From contig NC_004460.2 in assembly GCF_000039765.1 (NCBI RefSeq), positions 570,001 to 602,000 of the forward strand: a stretch of DNA of 32,000 bases, in the 5' to 3' direction. Numbering within the stretch: position 1 is the first letter of the stretch; the number at the start of each line of letters is the position of its first letter. The stretch comes from Vibrio vulnificus CMCP6 (GTDB lineage Bacteria; Pseudomonadota; Gammaproteobacteria; Enterobacterales; Vibrionaceae). Of this stretch, positions 9,681-19,484 are shown piece by piece. The position numbers were made by a program, and so were the translations under genes. The notes beneath the pieces are model-generated. The model saw nothing but the letters and a program-made list of their open reading frames with translations, did no database searches and was not told the origin of the DNA.

Positions 9681-9713
9681 TTTACTATCTGTCAGAAGAG
9701 AAGATTCTTCGCA

Positions 9714-12700
9714 CTATTCATCATCCAATGGAATGAGCTTGGTGCTGCCTCCGTGTGCTTGCTCCCGCTTTCTTTGCACCAACGCATAGAAACCTGGGAT
9801 CAAGAAGGTACCGGCCAATAACACACACAGCAAGCCGCCAACAAGAGAAATGCCCAGCGAGTTTTGACTCACATGACCAGCGCCTGCTGCAAAAATCAGC
9901 GGGAAAATCCCCAAAATAAACGACCAAGATGTCATGTTTACGGCCCTGAAGCGCAATTTACCACCTTGAACGGCAGCCTCATCGATGGCCACCTCTTTGT
10001 CTTCCCTTTGCTGCTTGGCAAATTCCACAATCAAGATGGCGTTCTTGGCAGCCAGAGCGATGAGCAGAACCAAACCTATCTGAGCATAGAGATTCAGTGG
10101 TGTCCCGGTTAAGTTCAGCGCAAGGAACGATCCTAACGTCGCCACGGGTACCACCAAAATAATCGCCAACGGGATGGTCCAACTTTCATACTGAGCCACC
10201 ATGAACAGGTAGATGAAAATTAACGCCAGTGCAAAAGCGTAAATCGCTTGGTTGCCTGCCAATACTTCTTGATACGCCATACCAGTCCACTCGTAGGTGT
10301 AACCTTGAGGAAGCAGCTCTGCCGCAATACGTTCCATTGCCGCAATGGCATCGCCACTGGAATAGCCCGGTGCAGGTTGGCCTTGAATAATGGCGCTGCG
10401 GTACATGTTGTAACGCCATGCCACATCGGGCTCAAACACCTGTTCATAACTCAACAGTGTACTGAGTGGCACCATTTCACCAGAGGAGGTACGAACGTGG
10501 AAACGCGACAGATCGTCCATACTGCTGCGATGTTCACTATCGGCTTGCATCGTCACACGGAAGTTTTTGCCAAACATAGTGAAATCATTCACGTACATCG
10601 AACCAAGATTGCCCTGTAACGTTTGGAAGATCGACGACAGCGGAATGCCTAGTTGCTGCGCTTTTTCACGATCAATATCGACATAGTAATGCGGTACATT
10701 CGCTCGAAACGTGCTAAAGGTATAGGCAATTTCAGGCGCTTGATTCGCCGCTTGGATCATTTCTCCCATCACCATCGCTAAATCGGTTCGACTTCGGCCC
10801 AGCGTATCTTCTAGTGCAAACTCAAAACCTGAAGCGGCGCCCATTCCCGGCACTGCCGGTGGCCCCATAGCAAACACAACTGCCTGTGGCAGCTCCATTG
10901 CTGCTCGGCCATTAATACGCTGAGCAATCGCATTCGCCGAGTGGTTTCCATTTAGCCCGTTGCGCATTTCCCAATCGTGCAACTTGATAAACAGTGAAGC
11001 GCCATTCGAAGCGGCAGCTCCCGTCATAAACGAAAAGCCATTGGCCACCGTCACACCATCCACTCCCGGCTCTTGCTCCACCATATTAAGAAGATGATTG
11101 GTCACTTCTTCGGTGCGAGACAAAGAAGCAGAGTCTGGCAGTTGCACATTCACCAGCAAGATGCCTTTATCTTCTTGCGGTACAAAAGCGGTAGACGTGG
11201 TTTTGGCAAAAAACGCCACCGCAGCGACAGCAACCATGAAAAAAGCCACCAGTAACAGTGATTTTTTCACTAAGAATCCCGCCACCTGGCCATAACGTTC
11301 AGTGACGCGCTCGAGACCACGGTTGAAGGTTTTAAACCAATTTGCGGTGTTTTCTCCCCCCTGCTTAAGCACCAAAGAGCAAAGTGCGGGCGCCAAGGTC
11401 AAGGCGTTGATCGACGAGATCACCACCGAGATACAGATAGTCAACGCGAACTGGCGGTACATAATGCCGGTAATACCCGGCAGCATCGCCACTGGCAAGA
11501 AAACCGCCAACAGTACTAACGTAGAGGTAATGATTGGCCCGGTCACCTCTTTCATCGCCATCAAAGTGGCTTTGCGTGGTGAGATACTTGGGTCCTTCGC
11601 CATCGTCGTATCGACGTTTTCGATCACCAAAATCGCATCATCAACCACGATACCAATGGCCAAGATCAAACCAAACAGCGTGACGGTGTTGATGGTGAAG
11701 CCGGTGGCGAGCATAACCGCAAAAGTACCGATCAGTGAGACAGGGATCGCCACAACCGGTATCAACGTTGCACGTGCGCTCCCCAAGAACAAGTAGGTCA
11801 CGGCAATCACCAATAGAATTGCTTCAATCAGGGTCTTCACCACCCCTTTGATGGATTCCGCCACAAACACCGTTGTGTCGTAGCTGGTTTCATACGCCAT
11901 CCCTGCAGGGAAATTGCCGCTTAAACGTTCAAGCAGCTCCATCACCGCTTGGCCGCTTTCTAGCGCATTAGCATCAGATTGCAGCGACAGTGCTACGATC
12001 GACGCATCGCGCCCACGGAACTTACCGTTGCCATCGTAGAACTTTTTCCCCAATTCCACTCTGGCGACATCTTTTAAGTAAACGCTTGAACCATCTGAAT
12101 TGGCTCGCAATACTACATTTTCAAACTCGCTAACGCTCTCCAAACGCCCTTTTGTGACTAGGTTGAACTGAACTTCCTGAGGGTTATTGTAGGGCGCAGC
12201 ACCAATACGCCCAGCGGCAACTTGGACGTTTTGCTGGCTTAATGCCGAGTAGACATCCGAGGTGGTGAGCTTGAGGTTGGCCATTTTTTCAGGGTCAAGC
12301 CAAACGCGCATCGCGTACTCACCGCCACCAATCACGTTTACTTCACTGATGCCTTTAACGCGCGCAAGTTGGTCTTTAACGTTGAGGTTGATGTAGTTGA
12401 TTAAGAATTGATCGTCATATTTGCCGTCGGGCGAATAGAAGTTCAGTACCATCAACAAGTCCGGAGAGCGTTTTTTCACTGTCACACCGACCATGCGTAC
12501 TTCTTGCGGCAGCTTTGACTCAATTTGGGCGACACGGTTTTGCACGTTCACCTGTGCCATGTCTGGATCGGTGCCGACATCAAAGGTCACGTTTAGGCTG
12601 TACGAACCATCGTTGGCACTCTTGGACGACATGTAGATCATGTTCTCCACACCGTTGACCGAGGTCTCGATCGGATCCGCAATCGCCTGTTCCACTACCT

Positions 12701-12866
12701 CGGCGCTCGCGCCGGTGTAATACGCGGTCACGCTCACCGACGGTGGGCTAATTTTGGGGTATTCCGCAACGGGTAAGACTGCCAGAGCAATGGCACCAGC
12801 CAGCGTGAGAATAATTGAGATCACCAGTGCAAACTTGGGTCTCTGAATAAAGAAACGACTTAACAT
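9714..12866 (-). CDS. RND-family multidrug efflux permease (AcrB/MexB-like, HAE1)
   Basis: 1050 aa; [46 protein letters not shown]...; [23 protein letters not shown]; [18 protein letters not shown]. Confidence 0.96.
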   Translation of the reverse strand: MLSRFFIQRPKFALVISIILTLAGAIALAVLPVAEYPKISPPSVSVTAYYTGASAEVVEQAIADPIETSVNGVENMIYMSSKSANDGSYSLNVTFDVGTDPDMAQVNVQNRVAQIESKLPQEVRMVGVTVKKRSPDLLMVLNFYSPDGKYDDQFLINYINLNVKDQLARVKGISEVNVIGGGEYAMRVWLDPEKMANLKLTTSDVYSALSQQNVQVAAGRIGAAPYNNPQEVQFNLVTKGRLESVSEFENVVLRANSDGSSVYLKDVARVELGKKFYDGNGKFRGRDASIVALSLQSDANALESGQAVMELLERLSGNFPAGMAYETSYDTTVFVAESIKGVVKTLIEAILLVIAVTYLFLGSARATLIPVVAIPVSLIGTFAVMLATGFTINTVTLFGLILAIGIVVDDAILVIENVDTTMAKDPSISPRKATLMAMKEVTGPIITSTLVLLAVFLPVAMLPGITGIMYRQFALTICISVVISSINALTLAPALCSLVLKQGGENTANWFKTFNRGLERVTERYGQVAGFLVKKSLLLVAFFMVAVAAVAFFAKTTSTAFVPQEDKGILLVNVQLPDSASLSRTEEVTNHLLNMVEQEPGVDGVTVANGFSFMTGAAASNGASLFIKLHDWEMRNGLNGNHSANAIAQRINGRAAMELPQAVVFAMGPPAVPGMGAASGFEFALEDTLGRSRTDLAMVMGEMIQAANQAPEIAYTFSTFRANVPHYYVDIDREKAQQLGIPLSSIFQTLQGNLGSMYVNDFTMFGKNFRVTMQADSEHRSSMDDLSRFHVRTSSGEMVPLSTLLSYEQVFEPDVAWRYNMYRSAIIQGQPAPGYSSGDAIAAMERIAAELLPQGYTYEWTGMAYQEVLAGNQAIYAFALALIFIYLFMVAQYESWTIPLAIILVVPVATLGSFLALNLTGTPLNLYAQIGLVLLIALAAKNAILIVEFAKQQREDKEVAIDEAAVQGGKLRFRAVNMTSWSFILGIFPLIFAAGAGHVSQNSLGISLVGGLLCVLLAGTFLIPGFYALVQRKREQAHGGSTKLIPLDDE

Positions 12867-12875
12867 AACGCCTCC

Positions 12876-14003
12876 TTACTGCTTCGATTCGGTTGGCGTT
12901 TGCACACGCACTTGCATGCCGTTTCTCACACGCTGCAATCCTTGGGTGATAACGACATCATCCTGCGTCAAGCCTTCACGAATCACCACACCTTGCTCAA
13001 CTTGTGCGCCTAAAGAGACATTTCGACGCTCTGCCACCTCCCCCAGGGTCATAACCATCACGAAATGCCCTTCAAGATCCGTCTGCACTGCACGGCGCGG
13101 CACCACCACCACCGACTTAGCTTGTTTCTCTCGCAAATTGACTTTGATGTGTTGACCCGGCAGCAATTGATGATCGGGATTTGCCACCACCGCTCTCAAT
13201 GCAATGGTGCCCGTTTTGGTATCAATGCGATTACCTAAGTAATCCAAGCGCCCTAAATGCGGATATTCTTTACCATTTTCCAGTTGCAGCTGGACTTCTA
13301 CACCAGCCGATGGTGTAGAGCCATCTCCCTTAATTCTTTCAATGCCTAAAGCTAAACGCTCACGCTCGCTAATGCTGAATGCGGTATGAATAGGATCAAG
13401 GCTGACTAAGGTGGTTAAGATGCCTGCAGAAGGAGAAACCAAATCTCCCGTGCTGACTTTGGAATCGCTAATGCGGCCTGAAAATGGCGCTCGAATTTGA
13501 GTATAAGAAAGGTTAACGTCTGCCAATTTCAACTGTGCATTTGCCGCTTCAAGCTGCGCTTGTGCGCCCAGAAGACCAGCAGTCAAAGCATCAAATTCCG
13601 ACTGCGAAATACTGCCACGTGGCAGCAAGTTCTTGCCACGTTGATGATCTAACTCCGCTTTCTTCAATGATGCTTTCGCTTGAGCCAGTGACGCCTTCGC
13701 ACTGGCAACCTGAGCTTCAAACGACGATGGTTCAATAGTGTAAAGTAGCGCCCCCTTTTCAACCAACTGGCCTTCCTCAAAATGGCGAGCTTTCAGATAG
13801 CCAGAGACTTGTGCGGTAATGTTGGTATCTTCAACCGCTTCCACACGCCCGATATAGGCGTTGCTGGGTTGGTAATCTAACATCAGTACCTCTTGCGTCA
13901 CGACCAGAGGCGCCATCGTATTACGCTGTTGAAGCGTTTTGTCCTCGCATCCTGCCAACAGAGCCGAAGCCACAACAAGTCCGACAATTGGTTTTAATTT
14001 CAT
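12876..14003 (-). CDS. RND efflux periplasmic adaptor (MFP) subunit, lipoprotein
   Basis: ATG at 14003: MKLKPIVGLVVASALLAGCED lipobox; VEAVEDTNITAQVSGYLKARHFEEGQLVEKGALLYTIEP; YTQIRAPFSGRISDS. Confidence 0.94.
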   Translation of the reverse strand: MKLKPIVGLVVASALLAGCEDKTLQQRNTMAPLVVTQEVLMLDYQPSNAYIGRVEAVEDTNITAQVSGYLKARHFEEGQLVEKGALLYTIEPSSFEAQVASAKASLAQAKASLKKAELDHQRGKNLLPRGSISQSEFDALTAGLLGAQAQLEAANAQLKLADVNLSYTQIRAPFSGRISDSKVSTGDLVSPSAGILTTLVSLDPIHTAFSISERERLALGIERIKGDGSTPSAGVEVQLQLENGKEYPHLGRLDYLGNRIDTKTGTIALRAVVANPDHQLLPGQHIKVNLREKQAKSVVVVPRRAVQTDLEGHFVMVMTLGEVAERRNVSLGAQVEQGVVIREGLTQDDVVITQGLQRVRNGMQVRVQTPTESKQ

Positions 14004-14348
14004 ACATTTACCATACTTATAAAACGGAGTTTTGTTTAAAATACGCAAGCTTGCTACAAGAATTGTCCGAGAACTATCAGATAAAAAATCAAAACTGTTT
14101 CAAACTGTAAAGGTCTGAAACGAGCAGAAAAGAAGGTTATCAACTGCACCGAGTTGTTGAACTGATGTAACACCGAATCCCTTGAAGCACGAGGGACATG
14201 AGCAAGATTCACCGGCTAAAGAACCGTTTTTTCCATCGGATTGATGAGTGCAGAGAACGCTTTTCAGCAGATATCATTAGGGATGACTATGTTTTTAAAT
14301 AAAATACGTTATTATTCAGCCAACAGCCTAATGAAGAGAGGGTAATGA

Positions 14349-14807
14349 ATGATTTCTAAATGGGCAAAACGCTTCTATCAAATGGCAGAATTAGTCGCCT
14401 CTTGGAGTAAAGATCCATCCACTCAAGTGGGTGCGGTGATCACCAAACAGAACCGTATCGTTTCTGTTGGCTTTAACGGATATCCACACGGTGTTTCCGA
14501 TAGCGTCGACACCGACGAGCGTGAATTGAAATACCTCAAAACACTGCACGCCGAAGAAAACGCCATTCTGTTTTCTAAGCGTGATTTGGACGGATGTGAA
14601 ATTTGGGTCACTCACTTTCCTTGCCCAAATTGTGCTGCAAAGATTATTCAAACGGGCATTTCGCGCGTGCACTGCCCTGAGCAATCGGAAGATTTTCTTT
14701 CCCGCTGGGGTGACAAAATTGCCGTAAGCCAAGATATGTTCAATCAAGCAGGTGTCGAAGTAAATTGGCTTCCTGTCAATGAACTAGGCGAAGAAGGCGT
14801 ACGTTGA
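14349..14807 (+). CDS. Deoxycytidylate (dCMP) deaminase-like protein
   Basis: STQVGAVITKQNRIVSVGFNGYPHG; TLHAEENAI; THFPCPNCAAKIIQTGI: zinc-binding HAE...PCxxC motif of cytidine/dCMP deaminases. Confidence 0.92.
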   Translation: MISKWAKRFYQMAELVASWSKDPSTQVGAVITKQNRIVSVGFNGYPHGVSDSVDTDERELKYLKTLHAEENAILFSKRDLDGCEIWVTHFPCPNCAAKIIQTGISRVHCPEQSEDFLSRWGDKIAVSQDMFNQAGVEVNWLPVNELGEEGVR

Positions 14808-14855
14808 TCACTCAGCCATTAAACAGCACGTTATTGAGAATAATCATTAAGAAAA

Positions 14856-14876
14856 TAGCCCAGCAATGCTGGGCTA
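14856..14876. terminator. Terminator hairpin between convergent dCMP deaminase and pepT
   Basis: TAGCCCAGC-AAT-GCTGGGCTA followed by GTTTTT. Confidence 0.75.
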
Positions 14877-14898
14877 GTTTTTGATGCTCACAGAAGCG

Positions 14899-16128
14899 TT
14901 AAGCGTATTTTTTCGCTGTTAGTTCGGCTATTTTTACGATCACCTGAACCGATTTTTCCATCTGCTCTATTGACGCAAACTCATGAATACCGTGGAAGTT
15001 GTACCCACCCGTGAAAATATTTGGGCAAGGCAATCCCATGAAGGATAAACGAGCTCCATCCGTTCCACCACGGATAGGCTTAATGATAGGTTCAACGTCA
15101 CACACTTCCATTGCTTGCTTCGCCAACTCAATCACATGTGGGAAAGGCTCAACTTTCTCTTTCATGTTGTAGTAGCTGTCGGTGAAGCGGATCTCAACCG
15201 AGCCATGCTTAAGCTGAGTGTTCATATCGTCCGCTAGGGACTGCATAAACGCCTTACGGCGAGCAATGCCGTCGCGATCAAAGTCTCGAAGAATGTAACC
15301 TAGCTCTGATCGCGCCACACCCATTTCGGCTGATTTGAGATGATAAAAACCTTGGTAGCCTTCGGTGGTTTCTGGTGTTTCATCTGCTGGCATTCGGCAA
15401 TGGAATTGCGATGCCAATGTCATTGCGTTCACCATTTTGTCTTTTGCTGTCCCGGGGTGAACACTCACACCATGAAAAATAACGTCTGCACTGGATGCAT
15501 TGAAGTTTTCATATTCCAACTCGCCTTGCGGCCCGCCATCAATGGTGTAGGCCCATTCTGCGCCAAAGCGTTCAACATTGAACAAATCCGCCCCGCGGCC
15601 AATCTCTTCATCAGGCGTAAAGCCAATACAAATGTCGCCATGCGGAATGCTTGGATTTTCAATGAGCATCTCAATGGCCGATAAGATTTCCGCAATACCA
15701 GCTTTGTTATCGGCACCCAGCAAAGTAGTGCCATCTGTGGTAATTAAATTGTGACCATGTAGCGCATGCAGCTCAGGATACTGCACCGGAGAAAGCACTT
15801 CGTCTCCGATGCCGAGCGCGATGTCACCGCCATGATAATCTTCTATGATCTGCGGTTTCACATTTTTGCCAGAGGCGTCTGGCGCGGTATCCATGTGTGC
15901 GATAAAGCCAATCGCTGGAACTGGGTACGCCACATTACTTGGCAGCTTCGCCATCAAGTAGCCATGCTCATCCAACTCAACTTGACCGAGACCAAGGTCA
16001 AGCAGCTCTTGTTTGAGATGCTCTGCAAATTTCATTTGTCCAGACGTGCTTGGGCAGCATTTCTTTTTAGGGTTTGATTGAGTATCAAACGTCACATAGC
16101 GAATAAATCTTTGTACTAAATGTTTCAT
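14899..16128 (-). CDS. pepT: Peptidase T (tripeptide aminopeptidase)
   Basis: ATG at 16128: [20 protein letters not shown]...; [17 protein letters not shown]; [14 protein letters not shown]; [17 protein letters not shown]; [27 protein letters not shown]. Confidence 0.96.
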   Translation of the reverse strand: MKHLVQRFIRYVTFDTQSNPKKKCCPSTSGQMKFAEHLKQELLDLGLGQVELDEHGYLMAKLPSNVAYPVPAIGFIAHMDTAPDASGKNVKPQIIEDYHGGDIALGIGDEVLSPVQYPELHALHGHNLITTDGTTLLGADNKAGIAEILSAIEMLIENPSIPHGDICIGFTPDEEIGRGADLFNVERFGAEWAYTIDGGPQGELEYENFNASSADVIFHGVSVHPGTAKDKMVNAMTLASQFHCRMPADETPETTEGYQGFYHLKSAEMGVARSELGYILRDFDRDGIARRKAFMQSLADDMNTQLKHGSVEIRFTDSYYNMKEKVEPFPHVIELAKQAMEVCDVEPIIKPIRGGTDGARLSFMGLPCPNIFTGGYNFHGIHEFASIEQMEKSVQVIVKIAELTAKKYA

Positions 16129-16352
16129 GGCAATTCTCTTCTTCTTAGCCAACGAGAGTGGTGAATATAGTCATTATGATGAAGACACCTGCTCTACGAG
16201 TTGTCGGGCATAGAGTGAAGGCACAAGTTAGTGTGGTATGAACAACCCGACGCAACTATCTTACGCACTTGAAAAGATGAGAAATTGCTTTGAATCAGTT
16301 TTTCTGTCATTGACGAGGAATATTACGCAAACCATTCCATAGCGTTTGTCTG

Positions 16353-17240
16353 TTAGCGCCCAACAATTTGATTGTTCAACTCACTCGCTAAGTCACGCCA
16401 GTTTTTTACTTCAGAACGAAAATGTCGCCACTGTTTATCGCTCATGGTTTGGCTGATTTGGGGAATGTACTGGTTGGCTAACGCAATATTGAAATTCACT
16501 TTCTCGCTTAACTCAGGACTATAGTAACTCTCTGGTTGCAACAGAAGGCGCATCAAATTTTCATGTAGATAGTGGGGATCATGCTTGTTGTTTAACAGTT
16601 GGCGAACAACTTCCAACATTTTATTCCTGTGCTCTTGCCAATGTGGCGTGGTGATTTGCAGTTCACCGGCCCAACGAACCACCAGCGCTTTTTGCTCTGT
16701 GTTTAAACGGCCAATCCACTTCTCTAGGCTCTCTTCAATGCGTTCAACATAACGACGCCGACGTTCTTGCTCCGACCAGCCGCCGTATTTTTCATCCAAT
16801 TCTTGATATTTTTTTGCCAAATTATTCAATAACTCTTGCTCTTGTTTGGCACTGAGGGAAAGTGTTAAAGCATAGATATCTGGAGCAGCTCGCGTGGCGA
16901 GCCTTACTGTGTGCTGTTTAATGGCGGCTCGCTGTTTGATAACAAATTCAGCGGACACTTGTGCCGAGGTGACCGTTTCCAACTGTTGTAGTTGTTTGGC
17001 GTAGAGCGGCAATTCTTTTTCTTGATGCCAGCGCAGCAATTGCTGCAAGCGTTCGTCCAACATTGCTTCTTGCTCGTTTTCCAATGTCACATAGTCATCG
17101 ACATATTCGAGCACCACCCAATCGAGGTTGGTGTATAGAAATTTATTGGAGCAGCCTAATAAAATAAAGGCCAAAACAAGATAACTCAACGTCCGCCAAG
17201 TGGTTTTATTTCGACCTAAACTTCCACATCCTAGTGTCAT
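16353..17240 (-). CDS. Conserved lipoprotein, charged and coiled-rich (resembles DUF6279-type proteins)
   Basis: N-terminal LSYLVLAFILLGCSNKFLYTNLDWVVLEYVDDYV, lipobox LLGC, helical Glu/Arg-rich body. Confidence 0.75.
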   Translation of the reverse strand: MTLGCGSLGRNKTTWRTLSYLVLAFILLGCSNKFLYTNLDWVVLEYVDDYVTLENEQEAMLDERLQQLLRWHQEKELPLYAKQLQQLETVTSAQVSAEFVIKQRAAIKQHTVRLATRAAPDIYALTLSLSAKQEQELLNNLAKKYQELDEKYGGWSEQERRRRYVERIEESLEKWIGRLNTEQKALVVRWAGELQITTPHWQEHRNKMLEVVRQLLNNKHDPHYLHENLMRLLLQPESYYSPELSEKVNFNIALANQYIPQISQTMSDKQWRHFRSEVKNWRDLASELNNQIVGR

Positions 17241-17319
17241 CGAACATCCTTTTCTCGCCCAAGCGATGCGTTATACGCGGGTGAATCAGTGACGGTTCAC
17301 CCGCCACTGATTCTTTTTT

Positions 17320-18228
17320 CTATGGCACACCGTGGCCTTTAGAAGCCACCCAAACTCGGTACCACTGTTCACGGCTTAGCTCAATTTTCAATGCATTCAC
17401 GGCACTTTGAACACGTTCAATTTTGCCTGAACCAATGATAGGAATCGGTAGCGACGGTAGCTTTCTCACCCACGCATACACTACTTCATCAATGCTCTGT
17501 GCGCCGACTTCTTCGCGAATCGCCTCTAGCTCTTGACGCACGCGACTCTCCTGCTCCCCTTGGCCGGAAAACAGTGCGCCACCACCTAAACACGACCAAG
17601 CCATTGGACGAACACGTAACATCTGTAGTTGGTCCAGAGTGCCATCGTGTACTACGTCAAACTGAAGAGGATTGATTTCCACTTGGTTAGTCACCAGCGG
17701 CTTACTCAATCGAGATTGAAGCAACTCAAATTGACGGGGAGAGAAGTTCGACACACCGAAGTGCTTCACCTTGCCCACTTTATGCAGCTCACTGAAGGCC
17801 TCCGCTACCTCGTCGGCATCCATTAACGCGTCAGGACGATGGATAAGTAGCACATCCAGCTCATCCACCCCTAAACGTTCCAACGAGTTGTTCACTGACT
17901 GATAAATATGCGCAGCACTGGTATCGTAATGATTAACCTTACGATCTGGGTGCTTTGCCCCACATAAATTGATGTCGCATTTCGTCACGATTTGAATATC
18001 GCTACGTAAGCTTTTGTCTAACGCCAGCGCTTCACCGAATAGGCGTTCACACTCGTATTGTCCATAAATGTCTGCATGGTCAACCGTCGTGATGCCCATT
18101 TCGACATGTTGCTTGAGAAATGTTAAACGCTGTTGAGGGGTCATGTTCCATTCAGCCAAACGCCAATAACCTTGAACCAGCTCCGAAAACTCTGGCCCTT
18201 GTGGCGCAGTTACAACTTTCGCTACCAT
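17320..18228 (-). CDS. Aldo/keto reductase (YdhF-like oxidoreductase)
   Basis: GITTVDHADIYGQYECERLFGEAL; LDVLLIHRPDALMDADEVAEAF; GKVKHFGVSNFSPRQFELLQ; SIPIIGSGKIERVQSA-like C-terminus. Confidence 0.93.
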   Translation of the reverse strand: MVAKVVTAPQGPEFSELVQGYWRLAEWNMTPQQRLTFLKQHVEMGITTVDHADIYGQYECERLFGEALALDKSLRSDIQIVTKCDINLCGAKHPDRKVNHYDTSAAHIYQSVNNSLERLGVDELDVLLIHRPDALMDADEVAEAFSELHKVGKVKHFGVSNFSPRQFELLQSRLSKPLVTNQVEINPLQFDVVHDGTLDQLQMLRVRPMAWSCLGGGALFSGQGEQESRVRQELEAIREEVGAQSIDEVVYAWVRKLPSLPIPIIGSGKIERVQSAVNALKIELSREQWYRVWVASKGHGVP

Positions 18229-18318
18229 TGCGTACTCCTTATTTATCTTGTTAAATCCTAGACTTGTTTTGCCGTCGACTCAACGCGTAAACCCAAGGAA
18301 TTCGAACTGGAGTACGAA

Positions 18319-18732
18319 TTGATGAGTTTTGCCCAAAGATTAGCCAGCTTAATTGGCCAAGAGAGCGTCAGTGGTTTCGCTCGCCGTGTAGACCTGTCGG
18401 AAGCCCTGATTCGCAAGTACCTAAAAGGCACCGAGCCTAGTCTATCCAAAGCCAATCAAATTGCGATGCGAGCCAACTGTTCATTAGAGTGGTTAGCCAC
18501 AGGCTGCGGCTATCTTTACCGACAAGCAGAAGTCGTTGATGAACAGGCATTTAAAATGGCTTATCAATACGTGACGGGGCAAAAGCTCAACGAACAAGAA
18601 TGGCCAAACCAACAACAAGTTATTGCTGGCTATCAGTACCTACGTGCGCACAAGAAAGCAGATGGTTTTTTAGATCAAGAAGGTATGGCCGCGTTCATTT
18701 CTCGTTCTTCGTTGGCGGCAAAAAACGAGTAA
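18319..18732 (+). CDS. Small helix-turn-helix DNA-binding protein (phage-repressor-like N-terminus)
   Basis: FAQRLASLIGQESVSGFARRVDLSEALIRKYLKGTEPSLSKANQIAMRANCSLEWLATGCG resembles the HTH of CI/BetR-like regulators. Confidence 0.75.
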   Translation: MMSFAQRLASLIGQESVSGFARRVDLSEALIRKYLKGTEPSLSKANQIAMRANCSLEWLATGCGYLYRQAEVVDEQAFKMAYQYVTGQKLNEQEWPNQQQVIAGYQYLRAHKKADGFLDQEGMAAFISRSSLAAKNE

Positions 18733-19312
18733 TCACCATGGTTATCCATTCGCTATCATGGCTGATTTCGGCTAACACGCTGGGTTGTTGAAGGTGATAC
18801 TGCGAAGCTGGGAGCCAACGTTGTGTTTGTGAATGCGTTCGGTATTTATTGAGAAAAATGACCAAATTTTTATCAACAAGGTTTCTTTCTTCTTGAGTCT
18901 TGGCTTTCGATAATTGCGCTTGCACATCGAATGAGTCACCCGACACGGAAACCTCGGCAATCTGCATCAAATCTTTTCTTAGGTTCAACTGCAATTGCGA
19001 CCAAGCGATCAAGTCAAACGCTGTTTGCAACATATAGATATTTTTCGAATCCATTAATTGCAACTCTCCAAAGAAAGGTCGCTGATAGTAGGTCAGTTCG
19101 TCAACGCAATACCTTTTTTCTACTTCGCTTTGTGAACAGTCAAAAAATGGCGATTCAACAACGGTAGTTTCACTGATCAATGCTATTTCCCCCATAAGAC
19201 TATGTGAGATAAGCACTGAATATTCAGTCTCTTGAGACAAAATCCGTGAAGAAATTAAAACACTAGCGAGCAAAATTGGAGAAAAGCAATATCTAGACAT
19301 ATTATGAAACAT
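18695..19312 (-). CDS. Secreted hypothetical protein
   Basis: ORF 18695..19396; likely internal start at 19312 (MFHNMSRYCFSPILLASVLISS...). Stop lies inside the 3' end of the convergent HTH gene. No family recognised. Confidence 0.6.
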   Translation of the reverse strand: MFHNMSRYCFSPILLASVLISSRILSQETEYSVLISHSLMGEIALISETTVVESPFFDCSQSEVEKRYCVDELTYYQRPFFGELQLMDSKNIYMLQTAFDLIAWSQLQLNLRKDLMQIAEVSVSGDSFDVQAQLSKAKTQEERNLVDKNLVIFLNKYRTHSQTQRWLPASQYHLQQPSVLAEISHDSEWITMVITRFLPPTKNEK

Positions 19313-19484
19313 AGGTTCGCTCCTTATATTTATATATCTATCACCTAAAACCACCCAGACATGAGACGGGCAATAAATAAACAACAACACATTCATTAAA
19401 ATTATTAATTATGCGATAACAAACATTGATAATGTGATATTGCTCCATAAAATCCAGCCTATCTTATAACTAAGGTAGGAAACC

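Noticed and set aside
11302-11796. 164-aa + strand ORF
   Set aside because: Fully antisense to the RND permease gene, low-complexity composition expected from an antisense frame, no recognisable domain.
14004-14348. 345-bp intergenic region with imperfect inverted repeats (e.g. GTTTCA...TGAAAC)
   Set aside because: Pairing is short with a long spacer. No consistent sRNA, riboswitch or operator structure could be supported by eye.
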